Shown: piece by piece, positions 48,130-60,765 of the stretch
Layout: each line of letters starts with the position of its first letter
How positions within the stretch are numbered: the stretch's first letter is position 1
Source of the DNA: Octopus sinensis
Taxonomy: Eukaryota
Direction of reading: 5' to 3'
DNA length: 64,000 nt
Assembly: GCF_006345805.1 (NCBI RefSeq)
Contig: NC_042998.1
Span: 198,214,001 to 198,278,000, forward strand
Made by a program: the position numbers and the translations under genes
Notes under the pieces: generated by a model
Databases searched by the model: none
What the model was told of the DNA's origin: nothing
Seen by the model: the letters and a program-made list of their open reading frames with translations, nothing else

Positions 48130-48699
48130 CTATATATATATAAAATATATGTATGTATGTATATGCGCAAACATATATGCAAGCTTGACCAGATGATGAT
48201 GAAATGAAAGAGTTTTAGTAAGGAGTCTAGTTTGAGGAATTTCAAGAGTGAATGGTTTTAAACTTTACCTTGTTATGTCTCTGCCAGTCACAAAAATCCT
48301 GCTTTACAAAGCTACTTGCATCTTGTAAATGATTCACACCCAGTAAATGCTTTTTTTTTTTACTTTTAAAGACTAGAAAAGGTCAAACCAGCTCACAAAA
48401 TATACAAAACGTGTCTGTCATCAGCAGGTGATAATAGTGTGGGTGGGCAGACTATTGAGTGAACACAATGCATAAAACGCTGGTGCTAGGTCAATTGAAT
48501 AGTGCATACAGGTAGTAAATAGTGCAGAACGGAGAATACATTAAAATTATGTACGTCATAAGAGTTCAGAAACTTTGAGAGAACGAGAAATAATCTGTTG
48601 TTAACAGTGGAACTTGAATTAGATAAAGCTGTAAGTAATAGCATGTAAATATTAAGTTTAAAAAAATACCCTTTGGATAGAAGGATCCCAGTAAGTTTG

Positions 48700-49545
48700 C
48701 AAGGCCTGAATTTTGGTGGGAGGGGTTAAGTCAATTACATCAACCCAGTATTCCATTGGTACTTAATTTATCGACCCCGAAAGGATATGAAAGATAAAGT
48801 CAACCTGAGCAGAATTTGAACTCAGAGCTTAAGGATGGATGAAATGCCGCTAAGCATTTTGCCCAGTGTGCTAATGATTCTGCCAGGTTGCTGCCTTCAT
48901 CATCATCATCATCATCATTTAACGTCCGCTTTCCATGGGTTGGACGATTTTGACTGAGGGCTGGTGAACCAGATGGCTGCACCAGACTCCAATCTTGATC
49001 TGGCAGAGTTTCTACAGCTGGATGTCCTTCCTAACACCAACCACTCCGAGAATAATAATAATAATAATAATAATAATGGTTTCAAATTTTGATACAAGGC
49101 CAGCAATTTTGGGGGAGGGGGTAAGTTGATTACATCAACCCCAGTATTCAACTGGTACTTATTTGAACTCAGAACGTAAATTCAGAGGAAATGATGCCAA
49201 GCATTTTGCCCGGTGCACTAACGAATCTACCAGCTCACCACCTTAGATGATGATAATATTGGTTTCAAATTTTGGTGCAAAGCCAGCAATTTTAGAGGAA
49301 GGAGAAATCGATTGCATTGATCCCTATGCTCAACTGGGGTTTATTTAATTGATCCTGAAAGGCTCAAAAGCAAAGTTAACCTCAGAGAAGTTTGAACTTC
49401 ACATTCTGAGTTTGAATTTTGCTAAGGTTAACTCAGCCTTTCATTCCTTCAGGGACTGACTAAAGATAGTGCCGGGCATGTATCACAGTCAATATAACCA
49501 ACTTGCTCCTCTCACCTGAAATTACTGGCTTAGTGCCAAGATTTG
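48700..49545. mobile_element. Cluster of old SINE C copies with a family B copy at 48897-49050
   Basis: CpG-decayed family C segments at about 48700-48897 (-), 49075-49225 (-), 49260-49400 (-) and 49400-49545 (+). Confidence 0.7.
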
Positions 49546-49910
49546 AAAGAATCACCACCATCATCATCACTTAATGTCCACTTGCCATTGACCAGACAGA
49601 ATTGGTTGAGGCAGATTTTCTACAGCCAGATGCCCTAACTGTTGCCAACCTTTACTTGTTTCTAAGGAAGATCCCTATTGCCAGACATGTTCCTCACAGA
49701 TGACTAGGAACAAACAACCTTGCTTGTATGATGATAATTCTCAGTTTCAACCATCACATGATGTTTGGAAAAGGACACAAACACACAAACACACACACGT
49801 GTGTGTTTGTGTGTGTGTATTACAAAATATAAAGTTATATCTTGAGATTGTTAGTGACAACAACGCTCAAAATATATAACAGACTGGAACAGTAGTGCTC
49901 AAATGAGCTG

Positions 49911-50375
49911 TATACACTTTTTAATCGGAGGGGAGGCAATGTGAGCAGCAACTAAAGGAACACCACAAAATCCACAGAAAGATCAAACACATACATATAT
50001 TCATATATTCATTTATATCTACAGAACAGACATAAAGTCCGACGTTTAAAAATATAATAATATATAAATGTATAAGAGAATCAAATTTACCCCAAATTTT
50101 TAATTTAACAAATTTATACCGAATGTTTTACGAGTTTAAGCGTAAATTCAAGGTGTTATATATGCAACATTGATTCTCTTATATATTTATATATATTTTT
50201 ATATGATGTTTATATATTTATATATTACTAAATTCTTTAAACGTTGGACTTTATATCTGTTCTGTAAATATAAATGAATATATGAATATATGTATGTGTT
50301 TGATCTTTCTGTGGATTTTGTAGTGCTTTTGTAATTGCTGCTCGCATTGCCTCCCCTCGGATTAAAAAGTGTATA
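49911..50375. mobile_element. Foldback element with ~140-bp inverted arms
   Basis: TATACACTTTTTAATCGGAGGGGAGGCAATG... and ...CATTGCCTCCCCTCGGATTAAAAAGTGTATA; TA termini. Confidence 0.85.
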
Positions 50376-51135
50376 TATATATGAATACATACAGGTGTTC
50401 AGGCTAAATTAGATGATTTTTTTCATATCTCCTCTTACCAAGAACAATCTCTTGTATTGGGGAACATAAAGATTAAAACATAAAAATCAAAGCTGTAGTT
50501 AAGAAAACTATAGCCGACATTTAGGACTGGAAGCCATCCGAATATTCTTATAGTTTCTATCAACTAAATCCACTGATAAAGCTTTGGTTGGCTCAGGGCT
50601 GTAGTGGAAGACACTTGACCAAGGTGCCATGGAGTGGGATTGAACCCAGGACCACATAGTTGGAAAACATACTTCTTAACTACACACACACACACACAAT
50701 CACATACGCTCTGCAGTTTCTGACTAATAATACCATTCGTGAGGCATTGATCAGCCCAGGGCTACAGTAGAAAACAGCAAATAGTTGAAGGCTACCAAGC
50801 CTGCCATACACAGACAACTTCAGCTTTATATATATAGAGAGAGATGTATATTTATATGCAGTAAAGTTTCACATGTGTTGTATTGCGAACTGAAAACTTT
50901 CAATCGACAGAGATTTATCTTTGCGACAAGAAGACAAAACCTCCCACCAAGAATGTTTAAAATCAAAGAACCAACAAACAAGGGAGATAACTCCACTATC
51001 AGCTGATGTAAGCTGTTTCTTCTAATTGTAGGGATAATTTCAGCTTGTTAAAATATTACATGTGTGAGACGCTATCATATATACATACATCATCATCATC
51101 GTTGTCATCATCATCATTATCATATATATATATAT

Positions 51136-51181
<46 letters not shown>

Positions 51182-51253
51182 ATATATATAAAATATATAT
51201 ATGTATGTATGTATGTATGTATATGTGCAAACATATGTATATATATTTATATA

Positions 51254-51287
<34 letters not shown>

Positions 51288-51353
51288 GGTCCCGGGTTGA
51301 TCCGGGGTTAACCACAGTAAGTAAGGTACTCAATACATAGCAGAGTAAAATTA

Positions 51354-51482
51354 ATTTATTATATAGAAGGAGCTTCTACAGGACTAGTACTGTTTCATTC
51401 AAGAGAAATCTTCAGGAAGCAGCTTCCTGAAGATTTCTCTTGAATGAAACAGTACTAGTCCTGTAGAAGCTCCTTCTATATA

Positions 51483-51488
<6 letters not shown>
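51354..51488. repeat. Perfect palindrome, 67-bp arms, 1-nt spacer
   Basis: 51354-51420 is the exact reverse complement of 51422-51488. Confidence 0.97.
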
Positions 51489-51519
<31 letters not shown>

Positions 51520-51520
<1 letters not shown>

Positions 51521-51675
51521 GACAGGCTTCTTTCAGTTTCCGTCTACCAAATCCACTTACGAGCTTTGATTGGCCTGGGGGTTATAGTAGAAGACACGTG
51601 CTCAAGGTGCTGTACTGTGGGATAGAACCTGAGACTGCAAGGTTGCGAAGCAAAACTTCTAACAACACAGCCAAT
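51520..51675 (-). mobile_element. SINE family A 5' portion, diverged
   Basis: ACGACAGGCTTCTTTCAGTTTCCGTCTACCAAATCCAC...CACAGCC. Confidence 0.75.
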
Positions 51676-52244
51676 CATATATATATATAATCAATATTGC
51701 CGAATATCCATGCTTGTTTCTCCATTATGGTAAAAAAAAAAAAAAATGAATGTAAAAAGCGGAAAAATCTGATGATTTCTATCAGATTATAAAGTCATTA
51801 TTTCTGCAGTTCTTGTTCCACCTTTAGACATCTCTTGGACAACCAGCTGTTCAGTGCCAATAAATCTTGACACATTTTTCTTTTCTAAATTTTCTTGTTG
51901 GTTTTTGATTTTACTTTCTTTACTACTGTTTTTTTTCCTGTCTTTTTTTTTTTTACTGAACTCAGCTAATCTTATTCTTCAGTTTCTCCTTTAATGGCAC
52001 AACAGTTTGTTAGTAGACAACGCATTATTCACTCAACTCAGATACTCCACACCTCTTTACTCCTGCTCATGGTATGCTCTCCCCATTTGCTTCTTACACA
52101 TACACACACACACACACACACACTCTCTCTTTCTCTTTCTCTCTCTCCTCATTTGTCAGGCACCAACTCAATTATTACAGGAGTCAGATACTTTTATTAT
52201 CGTTAGTGTACATGAAGGTGATCACACTCATTGAATTTGTCAGT

Positions 52245-52615
52245 GCTACCATCATCGCCATCATCATCATTATCATCATCATTGTCATCATCATTGCAGT
52301 CAAATTTTTCATCATCATCATCAGCATCATCATTGTCGTCGTCGTCATCATCATCATCATCATCATCGTCATCATCATCATCATTACTTTCACTATCATG
52401 ACCACCATTAGCACAATCAGTATCATTATAACATCATCATCAATCATCATAAATTATCATCATCATCACCATCATCACCATCATCATTGTTGTCACCACC
52501 ACCACCACCACAATCATCATTACCATCATCATCATCATCATCACCATCATTACCATCATCATCACCATCATCATCATCACCACCACCACCACCACCATCA
52601 TCACCATCATCATCG

Positions 52616-52654
<39 letters not shown>

Positions 52655-52675
52655 CCATCATCACCATCATCATCG

Positions 52676-52714
<39 letters not shown>

Positions 52715-52890
52715 CCATCATCACCATCATCATCGTCATCATCATCATCATCATCGTCATTGTCATTGTCATCATCGTCATTGGCTCTGTTGTCATAATC
52801 AGCATCATAGCATCATTTCTGCATTCACCATTATCACATCCACTATTATCATCATGTCCTCATGCGATAATAATAATAACAATAATAATA

Positions 52891-52952
<62 letters not shown>

Positions 52953-52962
52953 TAATAATAAC

Positions 52963-52995
<33 letters not shown>

Positions 52996-53036
52996 TAAAT
53001 AATAATAATAAATAATAAATAATAATAATAATAAAT
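52245..53036. repeat. (CAT)/(CAC)-rich trinucleotide array followed by (AAT)n
   Basis: Read directly; contains an exact 60-bp duplication (52621-52680 = 52681-52740). Confidence 0.95.
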
Positions 53037-53504
53037 GGCGGTGCCCCAGCATGGCCACAGCTCATAAGCTGAAACTAGAATCAATCAATCAATCAATCAA
53101 TAATATGTTTTACAACAACAAAAATTAAATCAACAACAACAACAGTAATAGCAGCAACGCTAATGACAACAACAACAGTAACAACAACAACAACACAGAA
53201 ATCAATATCAAGATGCAACAGAAAATATCAGTGATGAAATAAAAGTTGTTGTTGTTGTTGTTATTGCTGTTGTTGTTGATTGGCTTCCAAGGCATGATGG
53301 CTTGCTGACATGGCCAAGTGGTTATAAAGTTCATCTTACAGCTACATGGTTTTGGTGCAGCATCTGGGTCAAGTGTCTTCCAACAACCTTGAGCTGGTCA
53401 AAATTTCGCATGAAGTGTAAAAGACAGGAAGTGTGCGGACGCCAGTTGGCAAGATGAGACCAGTCCATATGCAGTAGACTTAAACCATCACTCTCTTTAA
53501 TACA

Positions 53505-54470
53505 TATTTCTTTACTACCCACAAGGGGCTAAACACAGAGAGGACAAACAAGGACAGACAAACAGATTAAGTCAATTACATCGACTCCAGTGTGTAACTG
53601 GTACTTAATTTATCGACCCCGAAAGGATGAAAGGCAAAGTCAACCTCGGTGGAATTTGAACTCAGAACGTAAAGACAGACAAAATACCTGTTTCTTTATT
53701 GCCCACAAGGGGCTAAACATAGAGGGGACAAACAAGGACAGAAACACGGATTAAGTTGATTACACTGACCCCAGTGCATTACTAGTACTTATTTAATTGA
53801 CCCCGAAAGGAAGAAAGGCAAAGTCAACCTCGGTGGAATTTGAACTCAGAACATAAAGACAGACGAAATACCTATTTCTTTACTACCCACAAGGGGCTAA
53901 ATACAGAGAGGACAAACAAGGACAGACAAAGGGATTAAGTCGATTACATCGACCCCAGTGCGTGACTGGTACTTATTCAATTGACCCCGAAAGGATGAAA
54001 GGCAAAGTCAACCTCGGCGGAATTTGAACTCAGAACATAACGGCAGGCGAAATACCTGTTTCTTTATTGCCCACAAGGGGCTAAACATAGAGGGGACAAA
54101 CAAGGACAGAAACACGGATTAAGTTGATTACACTGACCCCAGTGCATTACTAGTACTTATTAATTGACCCCGAAAGGAAGAAAGGCAAAGTCAACCTCGG
54201 TGGAATTTGAACTCAGAACATAAAGACAGACGAAATACCTATTTCTTTACTACCCACAAGGGGCTAAATACAGAGAGGACAAACAAGGACAGACAAAGGG
54301 ATTAAGTCGATTACATCGACCCCAGTGCGTGACTGGTACTTATTCAATTGACCCCGAAAGGATGAAAGGCAAAGTCAACCTCGGCGGAATTTGAACTCAG
54401 AACATAACGGCAGGCGAAATACCGCTAAGCATTTTGCCCGGCGTGCTAACGGTTCTGCCAGCTTGCTGCC
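53505..54470 (-). mobile_element. SINE family C pentamer: one head, five bodies
   Basis: Junctions at 53688/9, 53872/3, 54056/7 and 54239/40; 183-184-bp period; single head at about 54424-54470. Confidence 0.93.
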
Positions 54471-54667
54471 TTACTCTGTTTAATACCACCACCTGACTCT
54501 TGTTAATAGAAACCATTCTGGCTTAAAACCTCAACATCATCAAAATCAAAAACACCAACAGCAACAACTACAACATCAGTGTCAACTAAAACACCAACTA
54601 CACCAACAACAACTAAAGCATTGACAACACAAACAACAATAATAGCAAGAGTGGAACCTTTGTTCAA

Positions 54668-55030
54668 ATCATCATCATCATCATCATCATCGTTTAATGT
54701 CCGCTTTCCGTGCTAGTATGGGTTGGACAATTTTGACTGAGGGCTGGCGAACCAGATGGCTGTACCAGGCTTCAATCTTGATCTGGCAGAGTTTCTACAG
54801 CTGAATGCCCTTCCTAACGCCAACCACTCCGAGCGTGAAGTGGGTGCTTCTACATGGCACCGGCATGAGGGCCAGTCAGGTGGTACTGGCAATGACCTCG
54901 CTCGAATCTTTTACACATGCCACAGGCACAGGTGCCAGTAAGGCGATGCAGGTAACAATCATGCTCGAATGGTGTCTTTTACATGCCACTGGCATGTAGG
55001 CCAGATAGCCGCTCTGGCAACGATCACACA
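54668..55030 (-). mobile_element. SINE-like family B
   Basis: (CAT)n reverse tail, second-subfamily 3' domain, long-type 5' modules. Confidence 0.8.
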
Positions 55031-55613
55031 AAACCCTGAGTCGTACACAAGACATATGGCCCAGTCTAGCCACCTGCCTATTCTAGCTAATACAGATACA
55101 AGTTATACCTCAGTGTTGGTTTCAAATCACACCTTACCATCTTACAAGAGAAGAGAATCTTTGGGCAATATTGAATATGATGTATATAAAATGACAGGAT
55201 GGTCATAGCTGGAACATTATGATAATAAGTCTGCACACCCAGTGCTCACCTGGGGCTAAACAACTTCAGTAACTTTTATACTACATTTAGTTACAGTAAA
55301 TAGTTAACTACACTGGTCAAGATCCCCCCCCCCTACCTACCAATTAATTTATCAAACGTATTCAATGGATCACTAGAAATCAATGACCAGGGCTATTAAT
55401 GTCATATGAAAGTAAGATTAAGTCATCAAAATATATAAATTTTGTCTTCATCACATATTTAATTCATGTTGGTTACATTAATGCCCATAATATAAAAAAT
55501 GTTGGCACAAACTTAACAATTGCTTCTTATGCAGATGGTGTCACTGAGTTATTTAAATTCTAAACAGTTGTATTTTTCTACACCAACCAATGATTATTTC
55601 ATCTCTATTTCAG

Positions 55614-55621
55614 TAACTATG
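55614..55621 (+). other. Candidate 8-nt microexon TAACTATG
   Basis: TTATTTCATCTCTATTTCAG/TAACTATG/GTAAGA: consensus-like acceptor and donor 8 nt apart. Confidence 0.25.
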
Positions 55622-56354
55622 GTAAGAGTTATACTTCATTAAAGAGTTCAGAATAAGACTGAAACATGTATAGAACTGTCTCTAACATCTGCCAGAAAAT
55701 GAAAATGATATTTCCCATTGACTAATATCAATTCCAATTTTACCTCTCCGTGTATTTATGGAACCTATTTATGAAATACATTAATACCACCTTACCTGTT
55801 GTCCTCTTATGTCATGTTTAGATACCACATTTTAAGAGATTTATCTCAATATATATAGAAATATAATTCTTAAATATAATCTTAAAGACATTTAGAGATT
55901 ATAATATGATGTAGACAGAAACATAAAGGTAAGAATAATCCTGTGATAAAATATATAATTCTTCTAATCCATTCTAAAATGGTGGTTGTAGAGAATGGAT
56001 ATAAAAACAAAGAAAAACCAAAGTAAATTGAAGCTTTTGGCATTTTCAATTATTTCTTTACGAGGTGAAAAGAAATTGGCAAATGTTGAAAATATAACAC
56101 AAAACCTCATAATTTATAATTATAAACATTTTTGTTGAAGTTAAACATTAATTGTGAATCCAATTTGTAAAACCACTTAGAAAATTTAATTACAAAAATA
56201 ATGGCAAGAGATTTCTAGAAAGAATTTAAAAAATAATTTAAAAAAAGCCCTCCTGCTGTTTTTCAAAATTCTCTTTTTCTGTGTTTTTTTTTGCTATTAC
56301 TTGTTTTCTAATTGAAATTTTTTTTTTTTTCAACAATCAAATCTAAAACTATTT

Positions 56355-56395
56355 TCACCATCATCATCATCATCATCATCATCACCATAATCATC

Positions 56396-56429
<34 letters not shown>

Positions 56430-56750
56430 TCAACATCATCATCATCATCATCACTATCATTATCATCATCATTTAGCATCTACGTCCATGCTGGCATAGG
56501 TTGGACAGTTTGACCAGAGCTGGCAAGTTGGGGAGCTGCACCCAAGTAAGTTCCAGTCTGATCTGGTTTGGTTTCAATGGTTGGATGCTGCCCTTCCTAA
56601 AGTCAACCACTCTACAGAGTGTGCTGGGTGCTTTTACAAAGTGCTACATAAGTGCTTTTACATGACACTACACGGGCACTTTTACACAGTGCAACATGGG
56701 TGCTTTTATGCGGCAACGCCATGAGTGCATTTTATGTAGCACCAGTACAG
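56355..56750 (-). mobile_element. (CAT)n array plus old family B copy
   Basis: Expanded CAT tract leading into the diverged GGTTGGACAG...GATGCTGCCCTTCCTAA domain. Confidence 0.65.
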
Positions 56751-56904
56751 GACTTTTGCTGGTCAATCCTCACCCCCAAGGGGACTGGATATTATCCATT
56801 ATATCCTTCTTTTACATAATATATTAGTGTGTGATTTTTAGGGAGATTTCACTGCTGTTACTAACAATTTGAGTGATTGTGAAAAAGCCCGATCATTTGT
56901 CTTG

Positions 56905-57560
56905 ATAATCAAAATCGAAATCAAATTTGATGACAGGCATCCGTGCTAGTGGAGCACTAAGAGTACCATACGAGCGTGATCGTTGCCAGAGCAACAAGCT
57001 GGCCTCGGTGCCGGTGGCACATAAAAAGCACCATTCGAGTGTGATCGTTACCTGCATTGCCTCACTGGCACTTGTGACGGTGGCATGTGAACAAAACATT
57101 CAAGCGAGGTCGTTGCCAGTGCTGCTGGACTGGCTCCTGTGCAGGTGACACATAAAAGGCATCATTTGAGCATGGCTGTTGCCAATACCGCCTGACTGGC
57201 CCTCATGACGGTGGCATGTAAAAGTACCCATTACACTCTCAGAGTGGTTGGTGTTAGGAAGGGCATCCAGCTGTAGAAACTTTGCCAGATCAGACTGGAG
57301 CCTGGTGCTAACGACTCTGCCAGCTCGCCGCCTTAGTATTTTAATAGTACTGCCTGACTGGCCCTTGTGCCTGTGGCACGTAAAAGCACCCACTACGCTC
57401 TTGGAGTGGTTGGCATTAGGAAGGTCATCCAGCTGTAGAAACTCTGCCAGATCAAGATTGGAGTCTGGTGCAGCCATCTGGTTTCTCACACCTCAGTCAA
57501 ATCGTCCAACCCATGCTAGCATGGAAAGCGGATGTTAAACGATGATGATGATAATGAAGA
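56905..57560 (+). mobile_element. Composite of two family B copies with a reverse SINE C head fragment between them
   Basis: 3' domain occurs twice (about 57190-57307 and 57350-57470) in two subfamily versions; TAACGACTCTGCCAGCTCGCCGCC lies between. Confidence 0.75.
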
Positions 57561-58435
57561 TGAACTTGGCAGATATTCCCTGTACACCACTGTCTCTCAG
57601 CACTAATTCAGCCCATCACAATTCAACAATAACACTTTCATAATATCTATGAGATAGTTTTAAATTTCAGTCAAATTTGACTTTTGGAGGTTACTGTAAT
57701 ATTATAGTCTCAGTCATAATGTTTTTAAATTTGATTATCATACATGATACTGAAGCCTTTTAACTAATTCTGTTTTCAGAACACAAGTCCATTGGGATTC
57801 TTGTCAGCAAGCACCAGAACAGAATACCATTTTAATAGAAGTATAAAAGTTTATAGAAGTATAAAATAACTAACAAAATACATTTTAAATCATTAAGAGA
57901 TAACATTGGTTATCCTAAATTAAATCCCTGAAGAATGCCAAAGTCAATACTTATTGGCGACCATGGAAAGCAAATAGCAGAAGATACATACTGGAAGTTA
58001 TAAACAATTGGGTTGTGAAGTTATCACAGCAATCTCAATCTACCCCACAGTGTATCATGGGTATTTTATACTGATTTAAACCATCTTTCTGTGAAATTTA
58101 CTGTTAGAAAAAATTGAACTTAGTTACTGCATGCAAACAAAATGCTTGTCTTGTTTATTGTAGTCACCTTCTTACCACTTACCACCCTCATATTTAAGGG
58201 AAGTGTACTGAGTGTTGAAACCAAGTGAGAGTTTTGAAGATTATCCCAAGTGGTGTCAGTCATTTGAAAGTGAATTGTGCTCTACAAATGATGAGCAGTT
58301 GCTATTGACAAGACTGGTTGCCAACAATTTACGACAAACCTAGTCTATAAATTTGCTTGATTAGCACTAAGAAATTTCACTCAAAGTAGCAATAATAACA
58401 AAAACGATAGTAACCTATTGAGTCAAATACATCGA

Positions 58436-58760
58436 CATCAAAAAATCAAATAGAAATTGTAGTTGTGATACCTGTGCAGGTGGCACGTAAAAAGCACCAT
58501 CCGAACGTGGCCGATGCCAGTGCTTCCTTGCTGGTGGCACGTAAAAAGCACCAACCGATCAGGGCCATTGCCAGCCTCCCCTGGCACGTAAAAAGCACCC
58601 ACTACACTCATGGAGTGGTTGGCATTAGGAAGGGCATCCAGCAGTAGAAACACTGCCAGATCAGACTGGAGCCTGGTGCAGTCTCCTGACTTCCCAGATC
58701 CCAGTCGAACCATCCAACCCATGCTAGCATGGAAAATGGACGTTAAACGATGACGATGAT
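58436..58760 (+). mobile_element. SINE-like family B
   Basis: 5' AAATCAAATAGAAATTGTAGTTGTGATACC, internal modules, 3' domain and GAT tail. Confidence 0.85.
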
Positions 58761-58792
58761 ATATATATATATATATATATATGCTATATTTG

Positions 58793-59000
58793 AAGGCGGC
58801 GAGCTGGGCGAAATGCTTAGCGGTATTTCGTCTGCCGTTACGTTCTGAGTTCAAATGCCGCCAAGGTTGACTTTGCCTGTCATCCTTTCGGGGTCGATAA
58901 ATAAAGTACCCGTTTCGCTCTGGAGTCGATGTAATCAACTTAATCGCTTTGTCTGTCCTTGTTTGTCCCCTCTGTGTTTAGCCCCTTGTGGGCAATGAAG

Positions 59001-59005
<5 letters not shown>
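58793..59005 (+). mobile_element. SINE family C monomer
   Basis: Head GGCGGCGAGCTGG, B-box, core and GAAGAAATA tail. Confidence 0.85.
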
Positions 59006-59042
<37 letters not shown>

Positions 59043-60765
59043 TACAGCTGAAATGTTAAAACCACATGTCCTGGTGTTAAGACAACATGTTATGGTAGTG
59101 TCAGAAACTGATAATTTTCTAGAAGCAGATATGTCCTCTGAAAATTTCACAGCAAACTTTTCACTTAATGCAAATAACTACAAAGAATTTCATTTCTGAA
59201 ATTCATGCTGTTTCCATTCTGTAATAGTACTGAAGACTTCGATTTTAGCAAAGATTACAATTTGATTATTTCTACTATTACCATACAGCAAAAGTAAGTA
59301 GTATTAAAAGTATTGAATCAAGTTTCCTTCAAAACTTTAAATATATCTTGAAAGTACAGTTGAAAATTTCCTGCTTGGGTTGACAAATGAATGTCTGTGC
59401 AAATAATATCTGAATTTAATCTGCTGCCATTTGAGTGTAGGATTTTGGTTGAGAACAAGCATTCCCCTCAGCCTGGCTCTGACAAAGCAATTTCAATATA
59501 GCTGACAATTACAAGAACTCATCCAATTAAAAGTACCTTTGATGATATTGCCAATGTTTATCAGGTGTTCTGAGTTAATTGAACAGACAGAGGTAGATAA
59601 TTTTTTACAATAAGAGAAAGATATTTTAATAGAATTTCTTTTCAAATAATACATCTATGCTCTCTGAATATTCTTATTTATGGTTTCCTGTTTCATTGCT
59701 GAAATTCCATTCGTAGATTGGAGACAAGAAAGTCAGGGTCACAAAATTTGAAGATTTAGCATAATACACACACACACACATTTTCACGCATGCACGTGCA
59801 CACACAAGCACATACATTCACACACATACACACATTCCCACACATGTGTATACACATTTACATGTGTGTGGGTGTTGGTATCTAGTGCTGGCTAGAAGTG
59901 GTACATTAAGCGAAATATTGCAATACATTTCCTAAATCTAACAGATAAGTATTTTTCAATCAACTAATGTTATAGGAAGCTATTCAGCTGGAACTATATA
60001 AAAATTAGCTACAGTTGTACCCCAAACATGGAAAATACTCTGTTGCACAAGCTACAAAAATTAATTGAGGCAAACTGCATGTGCAGTGGCATGAATATAT
60101 GCCCACTCAGTCAGTTATGCAATGCAAAAGTAATCTATAATATAAATTGGACTTGGGTGATCATTGTATTCTTTCTTGTCTTGAGGTTCACAGCCAAATG
60201 GCTGGGTGAATTCACGTGAAAAATGGCACACATGTGAAGACGGGTGCAAAAGTTAGAATTTTCATAATCCATGGTAACAGTTCGGCTCTACTAGGATGTC
60301 TTAAATGGTTTTGAACCATTATTAAATGATCATAGGAAAAGTACATCACAGGAAATAAGAATCCAACTGCTGTATATTTATACAAGGATGTTTACATAGA
60401 AATGTTGCTGTTAGTCTATCATATAAAGGTTGCTGCATTATTTAACCCAGACATAAAACTATTAGAAGGGAAAATATACAAGATAGGTTAATAATTTATA
60501 TCCTCTCAAAGTACTGATTCCATTGCCAAGACAGTTAACAGTTGCAGGGCTAAAGTTAGTTTCTCCTACCAGATAATTTACCTGAGAAAGGGAAGCATCT
60601 TTATCTAAAGGGGAGATTCTGAATTTCATCTATTTCACTTGACCACTTGGCACCTTTAGCACAGTAGATGCTGTTGCAAACATTCAAGGCAATTCTTCAG
60701 TCTGAGGATAACCTCATCCTATTATTCACACAATATAGCCCTTCCATTGCTGACAAAAGCATTAA

